IMG/VR virus record: IMGVR_UViG_3300043409_001318
Location: 96,001 to 160,000 of that record
Source: a virus
Direction: 5' to 3' (one strand)
Length of the DNA: 64,000 nucleotides
The position numbers and the translations under genes are program-made. Under the pieces are notes generated by a model. It ran no database searches. It was not told where the DNA came from and saw only the letters and a list, made by a program, of their open reading frames with translations. Positions 10,007 to 20,800 of the stretch are shown here, piece after piece. Position 1 is the stretch's first letter, and each line of letters opens with the position of its first letter.

Positions 10007-11305
10007 ATGAGTAAAATTTCATTTATTGGTTTAGGAAAATTAGGTCTTCCATTAGCGACTTGTATGGCTAAAAATGGCATTAACATAGTTGCACTAGATG
10101 TAAATAATAAAGTGGTAAAAAGTTTAAATAATGTTAAAGCTCCATTTTATGAAACAGATCTTCAAAAAAATATTGAGCTTGCAAAAGAAAATGCAGTTTA
10201 TAGCTTAGATTATGACTTGGCAAAAGATACAAATACAACAATAATCTTAGTTAATACACCATCTAACAAGAAAGATGGGTCGTTCTCAAATTTATATATT
10301 GAACAAGCTTTAACAGAAGTATGTAAAAGAATAAAAGATAAAGCAACATATCATCTTTTTGTAATTAGTAGTACGGTAATGCCACGTTCAATACAGGATA
10401 GTTTCGTACCTCTTATAGAATCTATTACAAATTGGAAATTGAATAAAGAATATGGACTTTGTTATATTCCAGATTTTGTTGCACTTGGAACAATTATCAA
10501 AGATTTTGAAAATCCAGAATTTGTTGTTTTAGGACAAAGTGATCAAAAAGCTGGTGATAAAGCTTTGGAAATATACTCTAAAGTATTTGTAAATAACCCA
10601 CCAGTAAAGAGAATGTCTTTAATAGAGGCAGAAATATCAAAAATTAGTTTAAATGCTTATGTCTGCCAAAAAATTAGTTTTTCTAATTTCTTAACAAGAG
10701 TTTGTGAAAAATTTGATAATGTAAATGTTGACAATATTACTGAGGCTATTGGAATTGATAAAAGAATATCACCACACTATTTTAAAGGTGGTTTATCTTT
10801 TGGTGGAACTTGCTTTCCAAGAGATACATGGGCTTTTATGAAAATGTCTGAAAAATTAGGTATGAAAGCACACCACATAGAAGCAGCAGAAAAACTAAAT
10901 CAAGAACAAGATAGACATTTACTTGATAAGGTTATAAAAGTAGTTCTTGATAACAACTTATCAAATGAGATTTCTATTTTAGGTTTAGGATTTAAAAATA
11001 ACACACCAGTTATTAACGAATCTGCTTCTATAAAATTAATAGAAAAGTTATTAAACATGAATTACATAATTCATGTTTATGATCCTGTGGAAGAAGCAGT
11101 TGAAAATACTAAACAAGTATTTGGTAATAAAATAAAGTATTATAGTACACCACATGAATGTGTTTATAAGTCAAAACTGTGTGTTGTAATTAATTTTAAT
11201 AAACAATATAAAGATTTGACAAATTGGTTAAAAGATGGGTATATAATAGATTGTTGGAGAAGTATATCTTCTAATTCAAACAACATATATTATTTAGGAA
11301 AATAA
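10007..11305 (+). CDS. UDP-glucose/GDP-mannose dehydrogenase family protein
   Basis: IGLGKLGLP, VISSTV, SKISLNAY, GGTCFPRD (catalytic Cys), LGLGFK, VYDP. Confidence 0.92.
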   Translation: MSKISFIGLGKLGLPLATCMAKNGINIVALDVNNKVVKSLNNVKAPFYETDLQKNIELAKENAVYSLDYDLAKDTNTTIILVNTPSNKKDGSFSNLYIEQALTEVCKRIKDKATYHLFVISSTVMPRSIQDSFVPLIESITNWKLNKEYGLCYIPDFVALGTIIKDFENPEFVVLGQSDQKAGDKALEIYSKVFVNNPPVKRMSLIEAEISKISLNAYVCQKISFSNFLTRVCEKFDNVNVDNITEAIGIDKRISPHYFKGGLSFGGTCFPRDTWAFMKMSEKLGMKAHHIEAAEKLNQEQDRHLLDKVIKVVLDNNLSNEISILGLGFKNNTPVINESASIKLIEKLLNMNYIIHVYDPVEEAVENTKQVFGNKIKYYSTPHECVYKSKLCVVINFNKQYKDLTNWLKDGYIIDCWRSISSNSNNIYYLGK

Positions 11306-11307
11306 AC

Positions 11308-12315
11308 ATGAAAAAAGTATTAGTGTTAGGTGCGGGAGGATTTATTGGTTCTCACCTTGTAAAGCGTCTTAAATCAGAAGGCTATTGGGTTCGTGGAGTA
11401 GATGTAAAATATCCAGAGTTCTCAAAATCTCAAGCAGATGAATTTATACTTGGAGATTTAAGAAACCCAATTATTTGTGATAATGTAGTTGATTACGAAG
11501 TTGATGAAATTTATCAATTAGCAGCAGATATGGGTGGTGCTGGTTATGTGTTTACTGGTGACCACGATGCGGATATTATGCATAATTCAGCTATAATCAA
11601 TCTCAATATTATGGAACAAGCTGTAAAAAAGAAAGTAAAGAAGATTTTTTATAGCTCCTCAGCTTGTATGTATCCAGCTTACAATCAAGAAGATGAAAAC
11701 AATCCAGTTTGTTCTGAGCCTTCTGCTTATCCAGCCGCACCAGATTCGGAATATGGTTGGGAAAAGTTGTTTAGTGAACGTATTTTCTTAGCTCTTATGA
11801 GAAACTATGGAATTCAAGTTCGTGTTGCCAGATACCACAATATATTTGGACCAGAAGGAACTTGGCATGGTGGCAGAGAGAAATCACCAGCAGCTTTGTG
11901 TCGTAAAGTGGCGGAAGCACAAACCACCGATGCAATAGAAGTGTGGGGTGATGGTAAACAAACTCGTTCTTTTATGTATATTGATGAATGTGTAGAAGCT
12001 ACTCGTAGATTAATGGATTCTGATTTCACTGGTCCTGTTAATATTGGTTCTGAAGAAATGATTGCTATTAACGATTTAGCACAAATGGTAATAGATATCT
12101 CTGGCAAATCAATTAATATTAAAAATATTTCTGGCCCTGTTGGCGTTAGAGGAAGAAATTCTGATAATAAACTTTATAAAGAAAAGATTGGTTGGGAAAC
12201 ACAAAAGAAATTAATAGATGGTATTCGTTCCACATATTCATGGATCGAAGAACAAGTAAAAAATAATAGATATTCAGATAACGATCTTAAAGTATTACTT
12301 AAATTAGGAGAATAA
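11308..12315 (+). CDS. GDP-mannose 3',5'-epimerase-like SDR
   Basis: GAGGFIGSHL, QLAADMGGAG, YSSSACMYP, PDSEYGWEKL, EVWGDGKQTRSF, GVRGRNSDN. Confidence 0.85.
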   Translation: MKKVLVLGAGGFIGSHLVKRLKSEGYWVRGVDVKYPEFSKSQADEFILGDLRNPIICDNVVDYEVDEIYQLAADMGGAGYVFTGDHDADIMHNSAIINLNIMEQAVKKKVKKIFYSSSACMYPAYNQEDENNPVCSEPSAYPAAPDSEYGWEKLFSERIFLALMRNYGIQVRVARYHNIFGPEGTWHGGREKSPAALCRKVAEAQTTDAIEVWGDGKQTRSFMYIDECVEATRRLMDSDFTGPVNIGSEEMIAINDLAQMVIDISGKSINIKNISGPVGVRGRNSDNKLYKEKIGWETQKKLIDGIRSTYSWIEEQVKNNRYSDNDLKVLLKLGE

Positions 12316-12316
12316 A

Positions 12317-12490
12317 ATGCAACTTTCAAATCAAGCAGTAGGAGCTTTAATGCTCGCACTTCAAAAATCACTTATGGAGCAATCCGATATTGTTCCAGTT
12401 ATTAGAGGTTTTCTTCTAATAGACTCAGATGATGGATTGGTCATTACAAACCCTCCAGTTGTCTCTATGGACGAAATAGAACCTAACTGA
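12317..12490 (+). CDS. Small hypothetical protein (57 aa; below the ORF track cutoff)
   Basis: MQLSNQAVGALMLALQKSLMEQSDIVPV...; AGGAG upstream; TGATG overlap with the next gene. Confidence 0.75.
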   Translation: MQLSNQAVGALMLALQKSLMEQSDIVPVIRGFLLIDSDDGLVITNPPVVSMDEIEPN

Positions 12491-12750
12491 TGCCAAGATA
12501 CTCTTACACTTGTACAAGCTGTGAGAGCACAATAGAAGCCTCTCATGGAATAAATGAGAGGCTTTCTTTTTGTGAAGCTTGTAAAACAGATACTCTTAAA
12601 AAAAATCTATCTATTCCAAATATAACTAAACAACCAAATATCAATAATTTGACTAATCGTAAAAATGGTGATATAGTTAAAGAGAAGATCGAAGAATATA
12701 GAAAAGATCTTAAAGAACAAAAGAAAGATCTAAAAGAAAGGAAAATATGA
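12490..12750 (+). CDS. FmdB-like zinc-ribbon protein
   Basis: MPRYSYTCTSC...CEAC pattern. Confidence 0.75.
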   Translation: MPRYSYTCTSCESTIEASHGINERLSFCEACKTDTLKKNLSIPNITKQPNINNLTNRKNGDIVKEKIEEYRKDLKEQKKDLKERKI

Positions 12751-13061
12751 TTATATTAATTATTGCTCTTGTTATTTCTGTAGCGGTTAACATTCTTCTT
12801 GGGTGGTATATAAAAAAGCTACTTCAAAAGATTACAATTTTTACTGAAAGTATCTTTGATATAGTTGAAAAACTAAATCTATTAGGTGGTCATTTAGAAA
12901 CAATTCATCAATTAGAAATGTTTTATGGTGAACCAGTATTACAAAATATGATTAAACATTTAAAAGTTATGGTAGCTGATATTAAAATCTTTAGAGACTC
13001 ATTTATTATCTCCGAAGGACAAGAACAAGAGGAAGTAGTTAATGAAGAAAAACCAGAATAA
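12747..13061 (+). CDS. Hypothetical protein with N-terminal membrane anchor
   Basis: Hydrophobic N-terminus followed by a helical region. Confidence 0.65.
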   Translation: MIILIIALVISVAVNILLGWYIKKLLQKITIFTESIFDIVEKLNLLGGHLETIHQLEMFYGEPVLQNMIKHLKVMVADIKIFRDSFIISEGQEQEEVVNEEKPE

Positions 13062-13719
13062 TTACTTTAATCAATCACATGAAGATGCGATAGTTAGATA
13101 TGCTATTTCATTAGATCAAAGAGAGCGAACAGAATTATATATTAAGTTTATAGAACCTGCTTTTAATGAAATGGTTGATAAGATAGTATTTACATATAAA
13201 TTTACTACCCTTCCAAATATAGAAGACCTTAGAGACGAATGCAAGATTTGGCTTACTACAATATTAGATAAGTTCAATCCTGCATCTGGTTCTAAGGCTT
13301 TTTCGTATTTCTCTGTTATTACTAAAAATTGGTTTATTCATAAAGTAAAAAAGATAGCAGAACAAAATAAAAGAGAAGTTGCGATAGAAGAAATAACCGA
13401 TATTAAAAAACATGATATTTTAATTGTTCAACATGGTTATTTTGAGGGAAGAGAACAAGAAGAATTTTGGAGAGAGTTTTGGTATGAAATCAATAGTTGG
13501 CAACACATTGAAATGAAACCAAACGAAAGAAGAATAGTTGAAGCAATTAAAATCCTTATGCAAGACCCGGATAGTATTGAGATATTTAATAAAAAAGCTA
13601 TTTATCTTTATATAAGAGAAATAACAGGTCTTAATACAAAGCAAATCGTTACAAACTTACAAAAAATAAGAATGAGATACTTGGAATTTAAAGGAGATTG
13701 GGATTCTGGAAATATCTAG
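13042..13719 (+). CDS. Phage sigma-factor-like protein (gp55/sigma70 region 2-like), candidate late sigma
   Basis: DLRDECKIWLTTILDKFNPASGSKAFSYFSVITKNWF resembles sigma region 2; C-terminal HTH-like segment. Confidence 0.65.
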   Translation: MKKNQNNYFNQSHEDAIVRYAISLDQRERTELYIKFIEPAFNEMVDKIVFTYKFTTLPNIEDLRDECKIWLTTILDKFNPASGSKAFSYFSVITKNWFIHKVKKIAEQNKREVAIEEITDIKKHDILIVQHGYFEGREQEEFWREFWYEINSWQHIEMKPNERRIVEAIKILMQDPDSIEIFNKKAIYLYIREITGLNTKQIVTNLQKIRMRYLEFKGDWDSGNI

Positions 13720-13726
13720 TTTCTCT

Positions 13727-13733
13727 CTAATTA
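13727..13733 (+). promoter_or_regulatory. CTAWWTA putative late-promoter motif (CTAATTA)
   Basis: Intergenic, 4 nt before ATG 13738; first copy, immediately after the sigma-like gene. Confidence 0.5.
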
Positions 13734-13737
13734 CAAT

Positions 13738-14040
13738 ATGGCTAGAAAAAAGAAATCAGTTGATGAATATGTTTTGGATGCCATAAACAATATTCAAAAA
13801 GACAGAGAAATAACTACTGAATTACTACAAGATGTAATGGGATATATTGGCAAAGATTCGTCTAACCATGCTTCTGTTGGTCATGTTGCAGCAAAGTATG
13901 TAGAATCATTACAACGTTCAAACGAACAACTTGTTAAATTAACTGCTATTATGCTTAAACGTGAAGGTGGGACGTATAGTGATTTAGATGATGATGAAAA
14001 GACAGATCTTTATGATACAATCAACAAGGAAACTAAATAG
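13738..14040 (+). CDS. Helical hypothetical protein (possible small terminase-like)
   Basis: 100 aa, helical; only loose resemblance to gp16-type architecture. Confidence 0.3.
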   Translation: MARKKKSVDEYVLDAINNIQKDREITTELLQDVMGYIGKDSSNHASVGHVAAKYVESLQRSNEQLVKLTAIMLKREGGTYSDLDDDEKTDLYDTINKETK

Positions 14041-15170
14041 TGGCTCGCGATCCAATAAATAATAAAGATTTAAACGATAAGTATACTTATGGTTCTTTGA
14101 ATAGAGCAGACGCACAAAGAAATAGAACAGTAAAGTCACCTGTTAAACTATCTAATCCATTGTCAAGTATATTATCCGTAGCAGAAAATCAATACGATCC
14201 AAATCTAACTGATTCTACTGGTCCTTACCGTGCGATTGTACTTAGAAATGAAAATCAATTAGATGATTTTACAGCGGCAGATAGTCAAGTTAGATTTAGT
14301 TTTTTTAAATTGTTTAAAACAGGAACTTCTGTTAGAGCTAGAATACTTGAATATCACCATGCAGCAATACCTATGCCTCCCTCCTTAAGCACAGACGATG
14401 GAGAACATAATTTTTTTATTGATATGCATGATATATTCACAAATAAAGAAGACATTAAAGGTTGTTGTAAAGCAGGAGATATTGTTTTAGTAGATTATAG
14501 AGATAGAAAAAATAAGAAAGACCCCATATTATTAAGTTTGATAAGCTCGGCAGAGCAAGAAATTAGTGACTCGCCTGTCTCTGCTACTGAGGCTGTAGAA
14601 GAATGGCACCCACCTATGCCACCACCAGAACCGATTGTTATTCCAAACGGCGCAGGATATAACCCAGACCCAAGAATATGTGGAGGGAATGTTCTTACTT
14701 ATGCTGAATGTAAAACTGGAAGAATAAATGGCCGTTATGCCAAACTACATCCACAAGTTTATGATAATTTTGAGAAACTAGTTAATGACGCTAAATCACA
14801 AGGTATTGAATTATACCCCGGTAGCACGTTTAGAAGTAATGATGAACAGTTAAACCTAAGAAGGGGAAATTGTAAATATACCAATGAACAAGAACTTAAA
14901 TTTGGAAATGCTACTTGTGATCCTTCTACTGCTCCTTTAGGTACTCCCGGTACAAAAGGCGGTTCAAGGCATTTGTACGGAGAAGCAATAGATGTAGCCA
15001 ACAGTGAAGGAACATTAGGATATAAAAAATCAACTAATACTGCTTTAGGAAGTTCTGCTGTTAGCGAAGCCCAAAAAAAGGCTATAAAATGGTTATTAGC
15101 AAACTGTTCAAAATATAGTTTAATTAATTATAGTGGCGAAGCTTGGCATTATAGCACGGATGGAAGATAA
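14040..15170 (+). CDS. Baseplate hub-like protein with C-terminal M15 (VanY-like) Zn peptidase domain
   Basis: STFRSNDEQ, SRHLYGEAID (SxHxxGxAxD), EAWH; Pro-rich linker; N-terminal region like a gp5 OB-fold. Confidence 0.72.
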   Translation: MARDPINNKDLNDKYTYGSLNRADAQRNRTVKSPVKLSNPLSSILSVAENQYDPNLTDSTGPYRAIVLRNENQLDDFTAADSQVRFSFFKLFKTGTSVRARILEYHHAAIPMPPSLSTDDGEHNFFIDMHDIFTNKEDIKGCCKAGDIVLVDYRDRKNKKDPILLSLISSAEQEISDSPVSATEAVEEWHPPMPPPEPIVIPNGAGYNPDPRICGGNVLTYAECKTGRINGRYAKLHPQVYDNFEKLVNDAKSQGIELYPGSTFRSNDEQLNLRRGNCKYTNEQELKFGNATCDPSTAPLGTPGTKGGSRHLYGEAIDVANSEGTLGYKKSTNTALGSSAVSEAQKKAIKWLLANCSKYSLINYSGEAWHYSTDGR

Positions 15171-16027
15171 TGAGTATAGTAAACACGGGTATAGCTGGTT
15201 CTTTTAAACCATTAAACAAAGTATCAAGAAAAATATCTGGTGTTGAAGACTTAATATCTTCAACATCTTCAAATTCATATATTATGTTAGGAAAAGATAG
15301 ACCATCTAGTATAGCATCTGGCGAAAGTGGTGCTGGTTCTGATAATTGTGACGCAATAGATATAGTGGCTGGTCCTATGGGTGACGCAGCAACACAATAT
15401 TTAAGTGATGGAACTGTTGTTTTAAACGTTAATCCTAATTTTGCTAAAGATGCTGCAAGAATTTATATAACCCAAAAAGGTAATATAGATAGTTACTTTG
15501 GGTTGGCAGATGGTATACAAGGCGAAAATAAAAGAGTTGGAACATCAATAGGTAAATCAGCCATAGCATTAAAAGCAGACCATTTAAGATTTATATCAAG
15601 AGAGTCAATAAAATTGGTTTCTTCTGGAACTGATGATGTTAATTTAAATGGTGGTGTTTACCTTATAGCTGGGAATGAAGAAGAAAAGTTGGAACCTATG
15701 GTATTAGGAACCAAATTGGTTAATTATATCGATAATAACCTAGTAAAAACTCTATCAGACACCTTACAAATAATTAATGATTTTATAGAATCACAAATGG
15801 AATTTAATGCTAATGTAATGAAACATCAACATATTAGTCCATTTTTTGGTATACCAGTTCCACCAAGCATAGACTTAGCTATTGGTGGAATTAGAGGATT
15901 ATCAAAACAGTTTGCTAATTATATAAACTTAATCAAAGCATCAGGTAATAACGAAATAGCAAATAAATTTCCATTATTACCTTTAAGCAAAAGTCATTTC
16001 TTAAGTACATACCACAAACTAAACTAA
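15170..16027 (+). CDS. Putative baseplate spike (gp5-C/gpV-like)
   Basis: Beta-rich repeats (AARIYITQK, AIALKADHLRFISRESIKLV), C-terminal HQH (HxH) motif, position before gp25. Confidence 0.55.
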   Translation: MSIVNTGIAGSFKPLNKVSRKISGVEDLISSTSSNSYIMLGKDRPSSIASGESGAGSDNCDAIDIVAGPMGDAATQYLSDGTVVLNVNPNFAKDAARIYITQKGNIDSYFGLADGIQGENKRVGTSIGKSAIALKADHLRFISRESIKLVSSGTDDVNLNGGVYLIAGNEEEKLEPMVLGTKLVNYIDNNLVKTLSDTLQIINDFIESQMEFNANVMKHQHISPFFGIPVPPSIDLAIGGIRGLSKQFANYINLIKASGNNEIANKFPLLPLSKSHFLSTYHKLN

Positions 16028-16028
16028 A

Positions 16029-16035
16029 CTAAATA
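16029..16035 (+). promoter_or_regulatory. CTAWWTA motif (CTAAATA)
   Basis: Intergenic, 6 nt before ATG 16042, after short AAACT repeats. Confidence 0.45.
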
Positions 16036-16041
16036 CAATAC

Positions 16042-17820
16042 ATGGCTACTCATTATCTATCAAGTTCAACAACTGAATCAACTACTCTGTATAGGGTAGC
16101 TTCGTCTAATACTGCCAACGAACAGGTCTTAAACCGAAGTAATCAAACAGTTACTCTTATAGAAGAATTTGAAGGTGTAAATTGTGAATTTAACTTGGTT
16201 CAGTTAAACAATCGTAATGTTTATGTAAAAACAGAAAATTTATTTAGACTTTCTGGAACTCCACCTTCTGCACCACATACTTGTTCGTTTTACTATAATT
16301 CAAATTACCTAAGTCCAGATTGGATTGCTTTACCTTTAAATACTCCATTTTATGATGCGAAACAAACAAAATATCAAATACCAATTTTAACAAATTATAA
16401 AACAATTTCAAATCAAGAAACATTTGAAAAAGAATCAATAAAGCAGGGAACAATAGGATTATTAAAATATTATAATAAAGATACATCAGATCGAAATGTT
16501 AGTAAATTATTATCATATTATAAATTTGCTGATTTTGAAGATTTTTATGTAAGACCAATCAGTAATACAAGAATAAAAGCATTGGTGTCTGTACCAGCAA
16601 AGTATTTTAATGCCGAGCCTTCTTTCCCTAATGTCTTGGATATTGAAAATGGAGTTCAAGTTTTCAATTTATCAACAAAAGATTTAAGAAAAAAATTACA
16701 ATACATTAAAACAATCTTTGAATTTTTCAATAAGTCATTAACCATAACTAACACTACAATAGAAAATTTTTCATTACTAAATGAATATGATAAAATAATA
16801 AATTTTTACGAACAATTGCTAAGGTTATTTGAATTAAATGATTTAGTTATAAAAGATAATGTTGATGAAACCTTAGAAATAGTTTTAGATAATTGTGGAA
16901 GATTTTTTGCTGCTTCCTTAAATAATGGTGAAAGTTGTAACTATGCTGTAGTTGGATTGTCTACTGTTAGGAATAATGAATATGCAAGAAACCCAAGAAC
17001 TTTAAATTTTATAAAAAATATAGATTCTATGTATTTGTTAGATCCTTGTAGAACATCAATAGCTGAATTCTTTACAAGGTATGTTTTATATGCGCCAAAC
17101 GTACAATCAATAGCTGGTATAAAGCCTTTGGCGGAACTTTATAATTTTAATGAATTATTATCATTTGTAACTAATATTGTTAATAAACTTAATAGTGTTA
17201 GTCTTAATACAAAAACTACTCAAGAATATGAAGATATGGAATTGGAAAAACTTAAAGAAGCTATATCCAATTTGAAAAAAACATTTAGTTGGTCCTCATT
17301 CTATGATAAAGAAAAAGATATATTTAATTTTAAGAGTTTTTCAAAAGATTTAGAAAAATTAGATAATATGAAAAAAGAAGGGAGTAAATTTGTAGCATCA
17401 ATGGTTCCAGAGGACACAAAACAAGAATCTGCAAATCGTAGAACTCTAATAAAAAATATTTATAACGTATTAACTTTAAATCAAATCTTATGTAAATTAA
17501 CTCCAAAAGCGTTTAAATGTTTATTTGCTATTTTAGCAACTACAATTGGAGAAGTAACTGGTATAGACGCAACATTAACTTTGGTTACTGTATCTAATTA
17601 CTCTATACAAGAAATAAGAACTAAGGTTTTTCCATATTTAAACGCAGAGGAAAAAAAGATTATTTTGAACGAACTTTTCAATAGATTTTGTTTAACAAAA
17701 CATGATTTAATTACAATACTAAAACAAACTAAAAATTTATCTATTAGAGAAAGTCAATTATTATATTCTAATTCTTTTGAACAAGTAAAACAAAAATTAT
17801 TAAGTGAGATAACCGTATAA
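16042..17820 (+). CDS. Hypothetical virion protein, possible degenerate SH3b domain at the N-terminus
   Basis: 592 aa in the baseplate module. Confidence 0.5.
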   Translation: MATHYLSSSTTESTTLYRVASSNTANEQVLNRSNQTVTLIEEFEGVNCEFNLVQLNNRNVYVKTENLFRLSGTPPSAPHTCSFYYNSNYLSPDWIALPLNTPFYDAKQTKYQIPILTNYKTISNQETFEKESIKQGTIGLLKYYNKDTSDRNVSKLLSYYKFADFEDFYVRPISNTRIKALVSVPAKYFNAEPSFPNVLDIENGVQVFNLSTKDLRKKLQYIKTIFEFFNKSLTITNTTIENFSLLNEYDKIINFYEQLLRLFELNDLVIKDNVDETLEIVLDNCGRFFAASLNNGESCNYAVVGLSTVRNNEYARNPRTLNFIKNIDSMYLLDPCRTSIAEFFTRYVLYAPNVQSIAGIKPLAELYNFNELLSFVTNIVNKLNSVSLNTKTTQEYEDMELEKLKEAISNLKKTFSWSSFYDKEKDIFNFKSFSKDLEKLDNMKKEGSKFVASMVPEDTKQESANRRTLIKNIYNVLTLNQILCKLTPKAFKCLFAILATTIGEVTGIDATLTLVTVSNYSIQEIRTKVFPYLNAEEKKIILNELFNRFCLTKHDLITILKQTKNLSIRESQLLYSNSFEQVKQKLLSEITV

Positions 17821-20800
17821 TGGCTGAAAATCAAACATGCTTCCCAGAAGTAGAATTTAACGAAGTATTACAAGATAAGATTATCAAATCTGTATTCGAT
17901 AAGTTGTCTACCTGTACGGACGAGCAAACTTTAAAAAATAATATTAATTCAATACTTCAAGAAAAATCACAACAAGGATTGATAAGTTTAGAACCATTAA
18001 GAGAAAGTAATGACGTTCAAGCACAGATTAACCTGCTGATAGAATGTTCGCTGTCAGAGACTAGCAAATTAATCGATGAGAATATTGAAATAGATGCTGC
18101 TTATGTTATCTCTGGTATAGTTAAGTTTATTTGTAATCCTCCAAGTTTTGATTTTCCATCATTAGATCTTTCTTTTAAGTTTTCTTTAAAAGATTTTTTT
18201 ATAAAATTACTTTTTCAATTTATAGATTTACTTACACAAATTTTGTTACAAATAATACAACAAATAATAAATATTGTATTGAATATTTGTGAAACTAATT
18301 TTGAAAGTTTATTGCAGGGTTATGAGAACATTGTAAACATATTATCAAATAGTTTTCAAGAAGCAATCAACTTTAAAATAAACGACATAATTTCGTCTTT
18401 ACAACCATTATTTAGAACATTTGGTTTTAACTCTGATGGAACTTTAATTGAATCTCCAAATTTTATAAGTTGTGAAAGCAATATTGGTTCTATAAGACCA
18501 GTAAATCAATTTCTAAATGACTTGTCTATGATGGTTACACCTTTTGAAATTTGTTCTTTGTTTGAAGGTGTACCAAGTCAACAAACTCTTGAACTAGTTA
18601 GAGAATTATTACAATTTGAATATCCGCTGCTACAAACTAGGTTGTCGGACGATGTGATAGTTACTAACTTCTTTGTTTCAATAGGAAGATTTATTCCATC
18701 TTCTATCTGTAGGAAAATAAGAGAAACTTATACTGATGAATATGCGTATAGTTGTGGAGAAGAATATTCACAAAGAGAGCAAGCTAAATTAAGCATTCTA
18801 AATAGAAATGGTCACACTGAAGAACAATCAAGAGAAGCTATTAGAAGAGAAAGAGAAAGATATTCAAATAGATTAAAAGATTTGGGTTCTTTTGTTGCTA
18901 AATTAAGAGGTGATCCAGAAAAAGTATTTGATTCAGTATCTAATAATATATTCTGTAAAGGCGGCAAAGCTGGTATGGCTTCTTTGTCCGATATACCATC
19001 AGCAGTAGTAACAACAACAATCGTGGTTAATGGTTTTTACAATCCTCTTAAAAGTGCTCACTACAATGATTCATTAAATATACAAGATTTATATTTTAAG
19101 AAACAAACCCAAAGAAAAAAAGTTGCAAGGTTTGCATCGCCAGAAAGGCCCGTAACTATAGGTGGAATACGATATATTGGTGGAGAAACCGTAAAATTTA
19201 AACAAGTTCAAGCATTAGGAAACCCAATTTACTACACCAATAAAGAAGAATTTGCTTTAATGGTCGAAGAATACCAACCAGATGAAAGAATCACATATCA
19301 ATCTACAATTGAGAAAAAAATATATGATTATGTTAAAGGACATTTTGATGATATTGGTCGTATGATCTCCCTTGGAGAAAGTAGCGATGAATATGAATAC
19401 TATTTTGGTGATTCTGGAGGGAATACTTATAGCGTCTCTCAAATTACACAAGTTTATAATCCTATTGTAAACAATCTAGACGAAATAGCAAGAAGAATTT
19501 ATAATGATAAAGTTAAATATTATTCAGATGCTAACATATATGAACGTGCTGCTAATAACATAACAAAAGACGAATTAGTCGGTTATATAACTGAAAGTAT
19601 TGGAAATTCAACGGATGATGCAGAAAATATATGTGAGAAGTTTGTTAAAGCAGGCTTTATTTATACTGAAGAAAAAATTTTTGTTCCTTCTCCAAGCGAT
19701 ATACAAGTAAATTTATTAGATAGTTATTCTACTGATATTAATTTTTCTCTTGATAGAAATATAGAAAATACTTTAGAAGAATTTTTTGATGGGTTAAAAA
19801 TTGTTGTACCATCATTTTCATCTGATTCTTTTACTGTTGGTATAGACGATTATACTGTTACAGTAACTAGAACAGTTGAAACTCCACCTTTAAAAAATAT
19901 TTATACTTTAAGACAATTAAATGTAGAAGATGATGGATTTATTGATGATCGATGGTTAGCCGATATCAATAAAATAAATGCTGCGAATGAAAGTGAAAAA
20001 CAACCTCTTGGTATATTAGAAGAAGTACAACTTTCTAATTTAAATGAATATCAAGGTATGAATCTTGAATTTGACTCTAATAATAACTCATTTTCAAACA
20101 CACAATTAAAATTTCAATCAATTCAAAATATTATAGATCCAAACAAACCACAAGATAATTCAATAATAACAATAAATAAAGTTTATAGAAAACCGACTAC
20201 ATCTTTAAGTGATACCCAAAGAGAACAATATAATAGTTTTCTTACTAAAGAATATGGTATTTCTAATTTGTTTACTACAAACAATACTTTACTTTATGAT
20301 AATAGTGATATAACAACTGGTCCGTTTAGACAACCTACTGATTCTATAATACAGCAACTAAAACAAATTGTACCAAATCCTGTAAGTAACGAATCATTAC
20401 AAATACAAGCATTTAAAGCAATAACAGGTTTTTCATCAACGGCTTACTATAGTATATTTAGTAGTTTTGTTCAAGATGTGTCATTGAACACTAAAATAAC
20501 TCAAGCAAATCCAGAATATAAAAAAATAAAAGATACTATATTAATAATTCCTTTTGAAAGAATAATAGGAATAAACAAAGTAAAAAATACTACATTAACA
20601 GCTTTTTTAAGTGATCCATGCGCTATTTCACAAGATATACAGAAACAAGACGAAATATCATTATTTAATTCATATTTGGTTGAATCAACAATAAAACTAT
20701 TAGTTAGAACTTTTTGTTTAAAAAATGATCTTAAAGATTTATTATCATTAGTAAATATTAATCCATACACCTTTGTAAATAACGACGATACATATATAGA

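Noticed and set aside
1-12315. Giant eukaryotic virus or bacterial chromosome origin of the glycan genes
   Set aside because: They are contiguous and co-oriented with caudoviral genes and use SD sites and sigma70 promoters; no NCLDV or host core genes are present (misassembly cannot be excluded without reads).
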